Source: an uncultured delta proteobacterium (GTDB lineage: Bacteria; Desulfobacterota; Binatia; UBA9968). Taken from it: a stretch of 64,000 nt of DNA. The notes beneath the pieces were generated by a model. The model did no database searches. It was not told the origin of the DNA and was given only the letters and a program-made list of their open reading frames with translations. The translations under genes were made by a program, and so were the position numbers. Every line of letters begins with the position of its first letter. Position 1 is the first letter of the stretch. Positions 19,495 through 29,069 of this stretch are shown piece by piece. The DNA lies in contig CAVSLC010000013.1 of NCBI GenBank assembly GCA_963728565.1, positions 416,001-480,000 on the forward strand. The letters are read 5' to 3'.

Positions 19495-20481
19495 ATGTTT
19501 CAACTTGGTGTGTTCTTAGCAGTTGTCATGACCGCTTTTGCGGCAAACGTCTGGGGTCTGGATAAAATTCGGATCGGCATGGGCGCATTCAGCCCGACCA
19601 ACAGCGCGATCTGGGTCGCCGAGGAGCGCGGCTTTTTCAAAAAGCACGGCATCGAAGCCGAAGCGATCTTCATCGGCGGCGGCGCAGCGCGCGGCGTCAA
19701 TGCCTTGCTTGCCGGCGATATTCAGTTCGCCACCGCGGGCGGCGGGGCCGTGATCACCTCAGCCCTCAAGGGCGCCGACGTCGTCATGGTCGCGGCGCAG
19801 AACAATAAAGGAGTTCATCGAATTCTCGTGCGGCCCGAAATCGATACGCCGGAAGCGATCAAAGGAAAGAAAATCGCGATTACTACGTTCGGCTCTTCAT
19901 CCCACGCCGTGCTGACGATGGTCCTCGACGTATGGAAGATTCGTCCCGACGAGCTGCAGATATTGCAAGTTGGCTCCTCGCCGACCATGCTGATCAGCCT
20001 GCAAAAGAAATTGGTCGACGGCGCGGTGCTGACCGATCCGTCTTATTTCATCGCCGAGGATCACGGCTTTCGCGTCATCGCCGATCTCGCCAAGATGAAC
20101 ATTCACTATCTTCAGAGCATGATTGTATCGACACGCAGCTACCTGCGCTCCAACCGTGATCAAGCGACTCGGGTCCTTCGGGCCTTCGTCGAGGGCATCG
20201 CTTATTTCAAGAAAAATAAGAAAGACAGCGTGCGCATTATACTTAAAAAGATGCGTATGGATGCGGATCAAGCAAAATACGCCGAGCGCACTTACGATCA
20301 GTACGCCGAGCTCTACTTCGACCGGATCCCCTACCCGTCACCGACGGGAATCAAAACCGTCCTGGAGAGTCTCGCCAAAGACAACCCCAAAGCCAAAGGC
20401 GCCGATCCAAGCTCCTTCGTAGATGCCAGTATCCTGAAATCGATCGAGGACAGCGGGTTTATCAAGAGTTTGTACGAGTAG
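19495..20481 (+). CDS. ABC substrate-binding protein, NitT/TauT family
   Basis: Signal peptide from ATG 19495, WVAEERGFFKKHG, IKGKKIAITTFGSSS. Confidence 0.88.
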   Translation: MFQLGVFLAVVMTAFAANVWGLDKIRIGMGAFSPTNSAIWVAEERGFFKKHGIEAEAIFIGGGAARGVNALLAGDIQFATAGGGAVITSALKGADVVMVAAQNNKGVHRILVRPEIDTPEAIKGKKIAITTFGSSSHAVLTMVLDVWKIRPDELQILQVGSSPTMLISLQKKLVDGAVLTDPSYFIAEDHGFRVIADLAKMNIHYLQSMIVSTRSYLRSNRDQATRVLRAFVEGIAYFKKNKKDSVRIILKKMRMDADQAKYAERTYDQYAELYFDRIPYPSPTGIKTVLESLAKDNPKAKGADPSSFVDASILKSIEDSGFIKSLYE

Positions 20482-20509
20482 TGGTTTGCAGGACGAGTTA
20501 AGGGGCGGT

Positions 20510-21379
20510 TTATAAGCTCTTCACAAAATCGATTATCAATCGATTAACGTGTCTCGCCTGTTCTCGAAACACATAATGACCTGCATGATTAAATGCGTGG
20601 AATTCCGTCCTATCTACCACCGAGCTGATCACGTGAAGTAAATCGATTCCCAGCTTCATGGGGGAGGACTGATCGTTGATGCCCCAGATGATCAACGTCG
20701 GAGCCTTCAATCCTCCGGCTTGAATCAGTTTCAGGGTCTCATACTTTTTCTCGCGCATACTCGGAAGAAATACCTCATCGAGAAAACGCTCCATCTTCTT
20801 TCGCGCGTCGAGGGTCCTTGGGAGCCGGCCTATTCTCAGCATCTCTTGAACGAAATCTTCAGTGATGTGCTCATGCGAGTAGGAGTTGGCGATGGGCTCT
20901 TTTAAAATAAACTCTCGATCCGGAACGGCGGGCGCGCCGACTTCCAATTTCGTATAGAAATCATATGGCAGTGACGCATCTTCCGCAGGGAGAGTGTTGC
21001 TGTCAAAGATTATCAGGGCTTTAACCAATTCGGGGTGATCGACCGCGAGGCGCGCCGCCGGCAGAGCTCCCCTGGAATGGCCCGCCAACGTAGCGTTTGT
21101 TATCCCGAGAGTTCGTACAAAAGCACGGGTGTGCTCGATCACTGCGGCCATCGTATAATCCGCGTCGCTTTTAGGATTATCGGTATCGCCCATTCCTAGT
21201 TTATCGAATGCGTAAACATGAAAGTGCTGGCTCAGCTCGTGGAAGTTCAAGCTCCAGTGATAAGCGCTATAAAATGTCCCGAACTTTCCCCCGTGAATAA
21301 GAACGAGGTTATCGCCGGTTCCGGCCTCGAAATATCTGGTTCTTATACCGTCTAGCGTGACATATTTGGCTTTGTCCAT
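20510..21379 (-). CDS. Alpha/beta hydrolase (meta-cleavage hydrolase-like)
   Basis: VLIHGG, FDKLGMG, GHSRG nucleophile, IIWGIND, AGHYVFRE. Confidence 0.85.
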   Translation of the reverse strand: MDKAKYVTLDGIRTRYFEAGTGDNLVLIHGGKFGTFYSAYHWSLNFHELSQHFHVYAFDKLGMGDTDNPKSDADYTMAAVIEHTRAFVRTLGITNATLAGHSRGALPAARLAVDHPELVKALIIFDSNTLPAEDASLPYDFYTKLEVGAPAVPDREFILKEPIANSYSHEHITEDFVQEMLRIGRLPRTLDARKKMERFLDEVFLPSMREKKYETLKLIQAGGLKAPTLIIWGINDQSSPMKLGIDLLHVISSVVDRTEFHAFNHAGHYVFREQARHVNRLIIDFVKSL

Positions 21380-21421
21380 CGTTTCCTCACGGCGGAATAA
21401 AACACAGAGCCGAGCTGCCGG

Positions 21422-22429
21422 CTACTTGCTAAAAAGTTTTCCGTACTCCCTGCTTTTTTCTTGATATGCATTTTTATCGAGATCGAGCATCTCGACAAAT
21501 TGGATCTTGTCCGCACCGGGTAACGGCGGCTTGATGCCTTGGCGATTTACGAACTCGCCTCCGATTTTGGTCATGAGCTCCATACTCTCGTCACCGAGAA
21601 AGAAATCGATAAAGGCCTTTGCCGCGTTCGGGTTCGATGCCTTACTGCTGGACGCAATATGATGTCCATCGCCTAACATCTTCCCCAATCTCACGTAATC
21701 AAGCGGCGCTCCTTTTTGCCCGTAGAGAAAAACATACCTGACGAAAGCTATCGCGATAGGCGTCTCTGCGGTTATCACCCGCTCCGCGGCCGGAATATAC
21801 GATTCCACCAGCGCCGGCTTGGTTGCTGCCAAATCGCGGATGAATCTATCTGCCTTTTCCTGTCCCATGACTTTATGAAGGCTGGCAAGCCACTGCGTAG
21901 TCGTCGTGTGTTGCCTCGGATCAGCCATAACTACTTTGCCTTTGTACTGAGGCTTGACCAGATCTTCCAAAGATTTCGGAGCGTCCGCAGGCTTGATGGC
22001 ATCTTTATTATAGATAATCCCAATGATCACGTTGCGATATCTTGGACCCAAGTCAGGATCGATCACATCCTTTGCAAAACCTTTGGCCGAAGGAGAGTCG
22101 TACTTGCCTACAATTCCTTCCTTGAAAAGGATCTGCATCGGACTGGCATTGTTAATGAGCACGTCAAAAAGCGGTTTGCCGGCGCGGTATTCGCTCGTGG
22201 CCCGATCCATGACCTTGGTCGACGACGCCCGCCAATATTCCATTTTGATTCCGGTCTTCTTTAGAAAGGCATTGCCGATGGCATCTCCCGTATCGGAATC
22301 GAGAGAGCCGTAAACCACTACTTTGCCTCCCTCTTTTTTAGCCGCCTCGATCAGTTTTGCATCTTGGGCAAAGGCTGTGCTTGATAGGGATAGAAACAAA
22401 CCAGCTGCGATCAATGCGATGCTCTTCAT
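21422..22429 (-). CDS. Extracellular solute-binding protein (Fe3+/thiamine/polyamine-type ABC)
   Basis: Signal peptide, AAKKEGGKVVVYGS, YN..APKSLEDL..YKGK, NPNAAKAFIDF. Confidence 0.88.
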   Translation of the reverse strand: MKSIALIAAGLFLSLSSTAFAQDAKLIEAAKKEGGKVVVYGSLDSDTGDAIGNAFLKKTGIKMEYWRASSTKVMDRATSEYRAGKPLFDVLINNASPMQILFKEGIVGKYDSPSAKGFAKDVIDPDLGPRYRNVIIGIIYNKDAIKPADAPKSLEDLVKPQYKGKVVMADPRQHTTTTQWLASLHKVMGQEKADRFIRDLAATKPALVESYIPAAERVITAETPIAIAFVRYVFLYGQKGAPLDYVRLGKMLGDGHHIASSSKASNPNAAKAFIDFFLGDESMELMTKIGGEFVNRQGIKPPLPGADKIQFVEMLDLDKNAYQEKSREYGKLFSK

Positions 22430-22555
22430 CTCTGGATCTCCCAATTTTTGTTATGGTTGTTCTTAGCTTCCATTTTCTGATTTGACTAAGGCATCCGAAA
22501 CATACGACCTCCGCTGGTTAGTACATCTGACAGGAACAACGTTTTTAGGTCCACT

Positions 22556-23300
22556 TCATTTATGGTCTTTATAGGCGTAGCCACGCTTCTGGATGAACCG
22601 ATCAACTATCAACATGATCGTTTGGTTTAAGTCGGTGGTTATGTCTGCCAAACGATTTATCAAGTCGGTCAATTGTTTGTTATCGGCCTGCGACTGTAAA
22701 TATCCTTCTGCAGCAGCATCTACAAAATAAAATCTGGAACCTTTCATGTTGCTTCCTCTCGAAATAAACGCCGGTTCGATTGAATCGGCGCTTTTAAAAG
22801 AAATGCTCTCGGTAGCCTCTATACAGTTCTCTCGGATCGTAATGGAACGACACTTTGTTACGAATCATCAACAAGGATTTCGTTAAAGGCGTTGAAGTTG
22901 CTTTTGACAGGGAAGCATCAACTAAAGAATTCCATTCGACGCGCACACTGCTAGGTAGCGATCTAACTACTGAAATAAAGAATGGATGGTTAATGGCCGC
23001 CTGATTAGCCTCAATTAGCTTCAGCAGTTCATGTATAAGAGCGCAATGAAGTCTTACGTAATGAAGCTTCATTCCACTATACGTACCCCAAGACCGGGAA
23101 ACCGGGAACTGACTATCTGGTTTTGCTTCAGCCAAAAGCAAGTTACTAAAGATCCCGTTTTTGCAATCGTTATAGATGAGGGCCAACGCTAAAACGAAGC
23201 TGCGAATCTCTTGCGGGGCATCGCTATCGCCCACAAAAGCCTGTGGATCGAAACTTTGCAGGGGAGCAAGTTGTGCAGTTTCTTCGGAGAAACTTCTCAT
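22556..23300 (-). CDS. Putative HEPN-domain protein (frameshifted at ~22795)
   Basis: Removing one T in TTCTTTTAAAA joins ..EHFF to KSADSIEPAFISRGSNMKGSRF.. (~248 aa, helical). IRNKVSFHYD fits the Rx4-6H HEPN motif; AT-rich. Confidence 0.55.
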
Positions 23301-23603
23301 CCAATATACCTGTGCGACCAGGGTGAATATGGCTGCCGATCTTGCGAGCAAATTTTGTGGCCCATCATGGAGGCCTCATGACATTACCGGCTCCCGTTAT
23401 CTATTTTCCATGCATTGCCGGCCGGTAAGTCTCAGGTTTGTTTCCGTAATTCGCCCTTCTTCTACCGTGCTCGTTAGCATACGAATCATCATGGAGAACA
23501 GATTTTTTACGGAACTTTTACCCATTATCGTTCGTGTTCGGTGACAGCGAGATAGTCGGTTGAGTTTTTTCAATCACGACAAATGTTGGGTGGAGACGTC
23601 GGA

Positions 23604-24548
23604 TTAACGATTCCTGTAAAGTCGATCGATAAAACCTTCACTTACGAGCTTGTCGATGATGCGATTGTCGGCGATCGTTTCGACCGAAATGGGCTTCTTG
23701 CCCATGAATTCCACAATCGGTGCAATCGCTTCTTGTTCCACCCGTGGTATGCGATCCAAAAATTTAACTGCGTCGCTGTAAATTTCTTCGATCAACTTCG
23801 GCTCCTTGAGGCGGGTATATTTCGCGATTACCTTGAATGCCATTTCCTTCTGCTGGTTGACCGCCGCGACACCTTCAAGATACGCCCGCACCATTCCTTC
23901 CACGGCCGGTGAAGAGCGGCGGTAAAAGTCCTGAGGTACCGCAATCACAACGTTGGAGTACTGAATCCCCAGTTCATCCAAATCCACCAGCATCCTCACC
24001 GGCGCATCCACGCGCAGCACCGCTAAGACCGCGCCGGCAATTTGCCGGCGCCCAAACGCGACCGACATTTCTGCCGTGCCGCCCATTTGCCGCACGTTGA
24101 CCGCGCCATCCAACCCTTGTTTGCGAAGCAAAATCCGCGTCAGATTGTCAGTCACCGATCCGAACCGGGAAACGCCCAAAGTCTTGCCGCGCAGCTCGTC
24201 GATCCGGGTAATCTCCGGCTGTACCCACAGTCGAAAGTAGGGGCGGTTAACCAGACTCATCACCGAGACCAGCGGAGCACCGGCCATCACTGCCGAGATT
24301 ACCGCATTGGTTGCCGCCAACCCGCCGTGAAGGTCGCCGCCGATCAGCGCCTGAACGACTACCGGGCCGGATGAAATGAAAATCAGGTCGGCGTTGATGC
24401 CATATTTCTCAAAGGCGCCGATCTCCTTGGCCATCCACAGTCCGCTTCCTGACGGACCCACTGTGGAATATGCCAGGCTGAGTTTTTTGAGCTCGGCAGA
24501 ATAGCCGCCGACGGCAAAAAACAACAAAAATCCCACCGCCAACATCAT
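23604..24548 (-). CDS. ABC substrate-binding protein, NitT/TauT family
   Basis: Signal peptide, LWMAKEIGAFEKYG, LRGKTLGVSRFGS. Confidence 0.88.
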   Translation of the reverse strand: MMLAVGFLLFFAVGGYSAELKKLSLAYSTVGPSGSGLWMAKEIGAFEKYGINADLIFISSGPVVVQALIGGDLHGGLAATNAVISAVMAGAPLVSVMSLVNRPYFRLWVQPEITRIDELRGKTLGVSRFGSVTDNLTRILLRKQGLDGAVNVRQMGGTAEMSVAFGRRQIAGAVLAVLRVDAPVRMLVDLDELGIQYSNVVIAVPQDFYRRSSPAVEGMVRAYLEGVAAVNQQKEMAFKVIAKYTRLKEPKLIEEIYSDAVKFLDRIPRVEQEAIAPIVEFMGKKPISVETIADNRIIDKLVSEGFIDRLYRNR

Positions 24549-24743
24549 TGAGGCCCGTTGGGGTCGCGTCTCGAATCTTGATGTCCACTTAACCTGCACG
24601 CCTGAATTCAAGTTCGAGCCTTTCTTAATATCGCCGCCTCAGATAGCGTTTCCGGCGCAATATGGGCCCAATTGGACCCCGCGATAAAGGACATAAAAAC
24701 CTTTTCTCGGCTCGATTTGGCGGCTCACGGATCCAGTAGCGGC

Positions 24744-25139
24744 TTATCGTACGTTCTCAACCACAATTCCAAGCGAAGGCGCACGCGAAAGTGGACCATC
24801 CGCGGTGATAAGCGGCGCGTCACATAGACTTGCTGCCGCTACATAAAACGCATCATAAGCGCTCACATTATTACGGTGTTGCCATGCTGCCCAAAGGAGC
24901 GATGTATGAGGAATACGATCGATATGCCAACTCATAAGATCTTCGAGGGCGCGCAATGCGCGCTGCTCGTCAAGCTGCCGGCGCAATACAGCGCGTCTTA
25001 GAACCGAGAGCACTTCCACATCCAATAACTCAGGGGCCAACAAGAGACCATCTTCAATGATGTTAGCAACTTTGAGCCCCAAGGATGTTCGAAGAAGGTA
25101 CTCCGCGGCCGCGGAGGCGTCGATAACATAGCGACTCAC
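24744..25139 (-). CDS. vapC: VapC PIN-domain toxin
   Basis: YVIDAS, E in LDVEVLS, SAYDAFYVA, LITAD acidic PIN residues; GTG start overlaps the antitoxin stop. Confidence 0.9.
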   Translation of the reverse strand: MSRYVIDASAAAEYLLRTSLGLKVANIIEDGLLLAPELLDVEVLSVLRRAVLRRQLDEQRALRALEDLMSWHIDRIPHTSLLWAAWQHRNNVSAYDAFYVAAASLCDAPLITADGPLSRAPSLGIVVENVR

Positions 25140-25369
25140 AGAAGATCACTGTCGCGATGCCAGCGTTCTTCCTCGAGCAGCTTAGCCGCCGAGCTACGAA
25201 GCTGCGTTGAAGGGCGGCCCGAAAAACGTTTGTGCCATTCTCGCCGCGAAACCTCTCGCTCGATGGCTTCTAAAATGATCTCCCCTAGGGTGCAGCCCTT
25301 CTCCCGGGCATAGCGACGAAGCTGATTGTGCAGTTTCTCGGGAATATTTTTAACTTGAATATTAGCCAT
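25136..25369 (-). CDS. Ribbon-helix-helix (FitA/VapB-like) antitoxin
   Basis: MANIQVKNIPEKLHNQLRRYAREKGCTL N-terminus; 77 aa; directly upstream of vapC. Confidence 0.85.
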   Translation of the reverse strand: MANIQVKNIPEKLHNQLRRYAREKGCTLGEIILEAIEREVSRREWHKRFSGRPSTQLRSSAAKLLEEERWHRDSDLL

Positions 25370-25374
25370 AGCTA

Positions 25375-25403
25375 ACGGTAGCATGCCTGCGGCATGCCCG
25401 CAA
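25375..25403 (-). promoter_or_regulatory. TA promoter with operator palindrome
   Basis: Minus strand TTGCGG-17-TACCGT. The 17-bp spacer is the palindrome GCATGCC-GCA-GGCATGC. ATG follows 5 nt after the -10. Confidence 0.7.
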
Positions 25404-25645
25404 TGATTCGGTAAGATGGAGGAGAATAGTTTCGCAGTGAATAACGATCCGGGGCTCTTTGCTATCGCGGAGCGTTGTTCTGTATTATTTTGATGGTTCA
25501 CGCCAGCATAATTGGCGTCGCTTCGTGACCTTGAGCGATGCGCGCTTACGGCGCGATTCAGGGATTAGGGTCGCGTCTTGAATCTCCATGGTTCGAGACA
25601 CGGGTGATTACAACCTGAGAAATGTTTGTCCCAGGCATGCGCGAA

Positions 25646-26683
25646 TCAGTAGCCCACATCCACAGGGCAGCGCCACGTGATTTCGGCGATGCTTTTTCCG
25701 GTTGGCGTCAGGAGTCCGGGTTTGGCTTCCAAAATCGGAGCAACAGCGTTAATCAGAATCGCCACGGTGGCCTGGTCACCGGCAATGCCATCTTTGATCG
25801 CGACATCGATATTAGTCATTCCCTTAACCACGATCCGATCCTGCGGCTCCGTCGCTCCCACGCAAAAAAGCACTTCGAGGCTGACGCATTCCTTGCCGTT
25901 GCTTAGACAGCGCGCGACCTGGCGCATGCCGGAAACCTCACCGGATTTTACTTTTACGTGTTCCGACTCGACGTTGCCTTCCGCGATCACCGGCTCGACG
26001 GATTGGGTAATTCGATCGGGAACCATACCGAGTGCGTCAGCCACGAGCGCCGCCGACTCCATCAGTCCGAGATGGCCGAAAATTTTACTGCCGAGACTGG
26101 CCTTAAACTGATCAACCCGCAGACCCGCTCCCACCTTCATTTGCAGCTGTCTGCGCCGCAGCGAACAATCCACCACCCGTTTCGCCCACACATGTTCGAT
26201 ATCCGCCGAGGCTGTCGCTAGAAATACGATGAGGCTGTCCATCACGAAGCCGGGATTGATACCGGCGGCCTTGATCGTAACGCCCTTTTCTTTGGCGAGC
26301 TGATCGAGTTGTTCGGCCAGCTGCGCGCTTTGCAAAGTTGGAAAAGCGAGCTCCTCTGCCGAGGTGACCACATTGAGCCCGGCCTGGACTGCGGTCTCGA
26401 GCTGATCGTATATGGCCGGCAGGAAGGAACCGGTTGTGAGCACCACGACATCCGCTTCAACCTCGCTGAAGAGCGCAGCGGGATCGCCGCTCACTTTTAT
26501 GCCGAGGTTTTTCTCAAGTCCTAGAACCGTGCCGAGATCGACTCCAATTTTGCCTGGATCAGAATCGATAACCCCGACTACCTCCAGCCCTGGGCGGCTC
26601 AAACCAAATTTAGCCACCTCACTGCCGATCGCGCCGACACCGTAAAAAATAACTTTTATTTTTTTATTGCTGGGAAGGTTCAT
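25646..26683 (-). CDS. NAD(P)-dependent amine dehydrogenase family (2,4-diaminopentanoate dehydrogenase/DapB-like)
   Basis: YGVGAIG Rossmann motif, NVVTSAEELAFP, GINPGFVMD, GIAGDQAT. Confidence 0.8.
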   Translation of the reverse strand: MNLPSNKKIKVIFYGVGAIGSEVAKFGLSRPGLEVVGVIDSDPGKIGVDLGTVLGLEKNLGIKVSGDPAALFSEVEADVVVLTTGSFLPAIYDQLETAVQAGLNVVTSAEELAFPTLQSAQLAEQLDQLAKEKGVTIKAAGINPGFVMDSLIVFLATASADIEHVWAKRVVDCSLRRRQLQMKVGAGLRVDQFKASLGSKIFGHLGLMESAALVADALGMVPDRITQSVEPVIAEGNVESEHVKVKSGEVSGMRQVARCLSNGKECVSLEVLFCVGATEPQDRIVVKGMTNIDVAIKDGIAGDQATVAILINAVAPILEAKPGLLTPTGKSIAEITWRCPVDVGY

Positions 26684-26737
26684 ATGAAGAGCAACTGCCT
26701 GTGGAATGGATTTGCACAGTGATGAAAAACTGTGTTT

Positions 26738-26862
26738 GCAGGCTGCTTAAAAGATCTCAGAGGCAAGACGCGCGAAGTTCGCTGAGCTGAGGCGTACGCT
26801 TCAGTACGTTGAAGCGAATCAGGCGAGCGCAACGAAGCATATGAGTCTTTTCAGCAGCCGGC
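26738..26862 (+). repeat. Miniature inverted-repeat element, copy 3
   Basis: GCAGGCTGCTTAAAAG..GAGGCGTACGCTTCAGTACGTTG..GAGCGCAACGAAGCAT..CTTTTCAGCAGCCGGC. Confidence 0.85.
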
Positions 26863-26866
26863 TAAG

Positions 26867-27826
26867 CTAGGCGGCCTTCTTGCTTTGCCAAAGAGTCATC
26901 AGACGATCACGCTCCGCCTTGTCGAGATGGCTCAAAGCCTGATCGACGATGTCTAGTCCGACCATTTGGTTCCAGGCGCCGATTAATCGCAGCGTTATCG
27001 GTCCCGGTGCACCCTTGCCGATTTGCAGACCGTTGACCGTCTTGATCGGAACGAATGTCGGGCTGGTGCTAGCTAGAAAAGCCTCTTCGGCGGTGTACAG
27101 ATCGAATGGCGTATAGTTTCCCTCGACGACCTCCACGCCCAACTGTTTGGCGAGCTCGAAGATCGCCGCTTTGGTAATGCCGCCGAGGACGTTCCTGTCC
27201 GAGGGCGTGCAGAGCTTGCCGTCGATGACCAGGAAACAATTGTGCGCGCTGGTCTCGCTGAGGTTGCCATCGATGTCGAGCATCAACGGAATCGCCCTGG
27301 GATCGGCCTGCTTGGCCTCGAACGCCGCCATGTTGTGATTCATCTTGTTGGTGATCTTTGCTTTGGACTCGAGGCACTGTGGCGGTATGCGTCTGGTAGC
27401 CGGAATGACCAGCGGCGCGCCCTCGACATAAAAACTCGCAAACTCGGGAAAATTGACAATCACAGGATAGACGGTCACGGTGGCGCGGCCGCTCACGCGA
27501 TTGCCTCGCATGGAGCGAACGCCCCGGCTCACTACTTGCCAGAGGGCGCAGTCTTCGTTATCGCGTAAGAGCTTCTTGTTGCGCTCCAAAACCTCCAACG
27601 TCGTCTTTTCCATGTCCTCCAGCGACATGCCGCAGTCGATGCGGGTATATTGAAGGGAGCGAAACAGCCGCTCGGTATGCTCCCGCAGCCGGAACGGTTT
27701 ATGGCGGAACGTGCGGGTCACATCATACACGCCGTCACCGGCGTTAAAGCCGCTGTCCAACACCGAAACCTTTGCCTGGCTCTCCGGTACGAATGCGCCG
27801 TTAAGGTAAACGATCGTCTCTTCCAT
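26867..27826 (-). CDS. Aminotransferase class IV (IlvE/D-amino acid aminotransferase-like)
   Basis: YLNGAFVPE, DSGFNAGDGVYD, HTERL, AKITNK, LGGITK, AEEAFLAST. Confidence 0.9.
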   Translation of the reverse strand: MEETIVYLNGAFVPESQAKVSVLDSGFNAGDGVYDVTRTFRHKPFRLREHTERLFRSLQYTRIDCGMSLEDMEKTTLEVLERNKKLLRDNEDCALWQVVSRGVRSMRGNRVSGRATVTVYPVIVNFPEFASFYVEGAPLVIPATRRIPPQCLESKAKITNKMNHNMAAFEAKQADPRAIPLMLDIDGNLSETSAHNCFLVIDGKLCTPSDRNVLGGITKAAIFELAKQLGVEVVEGNYTPFDLYTAEEAFLASTSPTFVPIKTVNGLQIGKGAPGPITLRLIGAWNQMVGLDIVDQALSHLDKAERDRLMTLWQSKKAA

Positions 27827-27853
27827 CGCTTTATCTTCCTTTCGTTGTTTCTG

Positions 27854-27978
27854 GCAGACTGCTGAAAAAGACCCATTTGCTTCGTTGCCGCTCAATCGCC
27901 TCGCTGCAACCTACTGTAGTACGCCTCCGGCCGCCGATTTTCCCGAGCCTTGTATCTTGATCTTTTTGCCCAGCCTGC
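27854..27978 (-). repeat. Miniature inverted-repeat element, copy 4
   Basis: GCAGACTGCTGAAAAAG..GCTTCGTTGC..GTACGCCTC..CTTTTTGCCCAGCCTGC; reverse orientation to copies 1 and 3. Confidence 0.85.
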
Positions 27979-28056
27979 AAGAGGTTTTTTTCAGCACCTC
28001 CTAGAGAATGCAACTGAATCACGATTGTGCTGTTCACTTCAATGCGCCGCGGTGAT

Positions 28057-29069
28057 TCATTGGGCAAAGAAGATCTGGCGAAACTCGCTACTTAAATTCT
28101 TTGCCTCCTCCTGCGTCGGATTGTCCATGGGTATCATGTTCGGAGTCACCTTCTCAGCGCCTTGAATCGGCGGGTAGACACCGGGCGCCAGGACGAATTC
28201 GCCGTCTTGTGCGATGATTCTCTGCCCTTCGGCGGAAACTGCGTACTCGATGTAGAGTCGGCCCGCGTTTGAGCGCGCCGCTTTGGCTCCAAGCGCCAGG
28301 TGATTAGGGTCGGAGAGATATTTATCAAGCGGCGACATAAGAAACCGGACCTTTGTATTGCTTGACGAATTTTATGTAGGCGATGCCGACCTGCGCTTCT
28401 CCTTTTATGATCGCCGGAGTTACCGGCGCCAGGGATTCCAGCAGAAGCGGTTGTTGCTTCGCCAAACCTCTCACATACTCGCGCCATTTCGGCCCCATCA
28501 GTTTTTCGAGATTCCATAAAAACTTTGCCGTCGTCGTGTGCCGCGAGGGATCAGGCATGCTGATTTTTCCTTTCCATTTAGAGTTCAGGAGATCTTCTAA
28601 ACTCTTGGGAGCGTCAGCGGCTTTGACCAATTCGGTGTTGTAAAGAATGCTGATCGGCAAGATACGCCACGGCGTGATCAGAGCATCTTTTTCCTTGAAC
28701 TGGTCGGCAAAGCTTTGTGCAGACGGCGGAACATAAGGTGCGAAAATCCCTTCCTTTTTCATTAAAGCCATGACATCCCAACTCGACTCGACCACGTCAA
28801 ATGCGGGCCGGCTGGCGCGCCATTCGCTTTGTGCGCGCTCAGCTACCGCGGTCGAGGACCCGCGCCAATAGTCGACTCTGATGCCGTGCTTTAATTCAAA
28901 ATTTTTGTGCAGCTCTTCCATCGCCTGCGGCACCACACTGCCGTAGACGACCACCTTGCCCTCCTTCTTTGCCGCGGCAATATCAATGGCTTGTCCCCGG
29001 GCGTCGACAACTAGCGAATAACCACAGAGCCAGAACTATTCCGACGCTACAGGCTTTAACCATATTCAT
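28057..29069 (-). CDS. Extracellular solute-binding protein (Fe3+-type), two frameshifts
   Basis: Paralogue of 21422-22429 (AAKKEGKVVVYGS, APKSLEDL, HTTT). +1 shifts at ~29010 and ~28333. Confidence 0.8.

Noticed and set aside
12417-27978. Repeats as a CRISPR array or integron attC sites
   Set aside because: Copies are dispersed, ~125 bp and in both orientations. There are no regular spacers, cas genes or integrase, and they flank housekeeping genes such as ettA.
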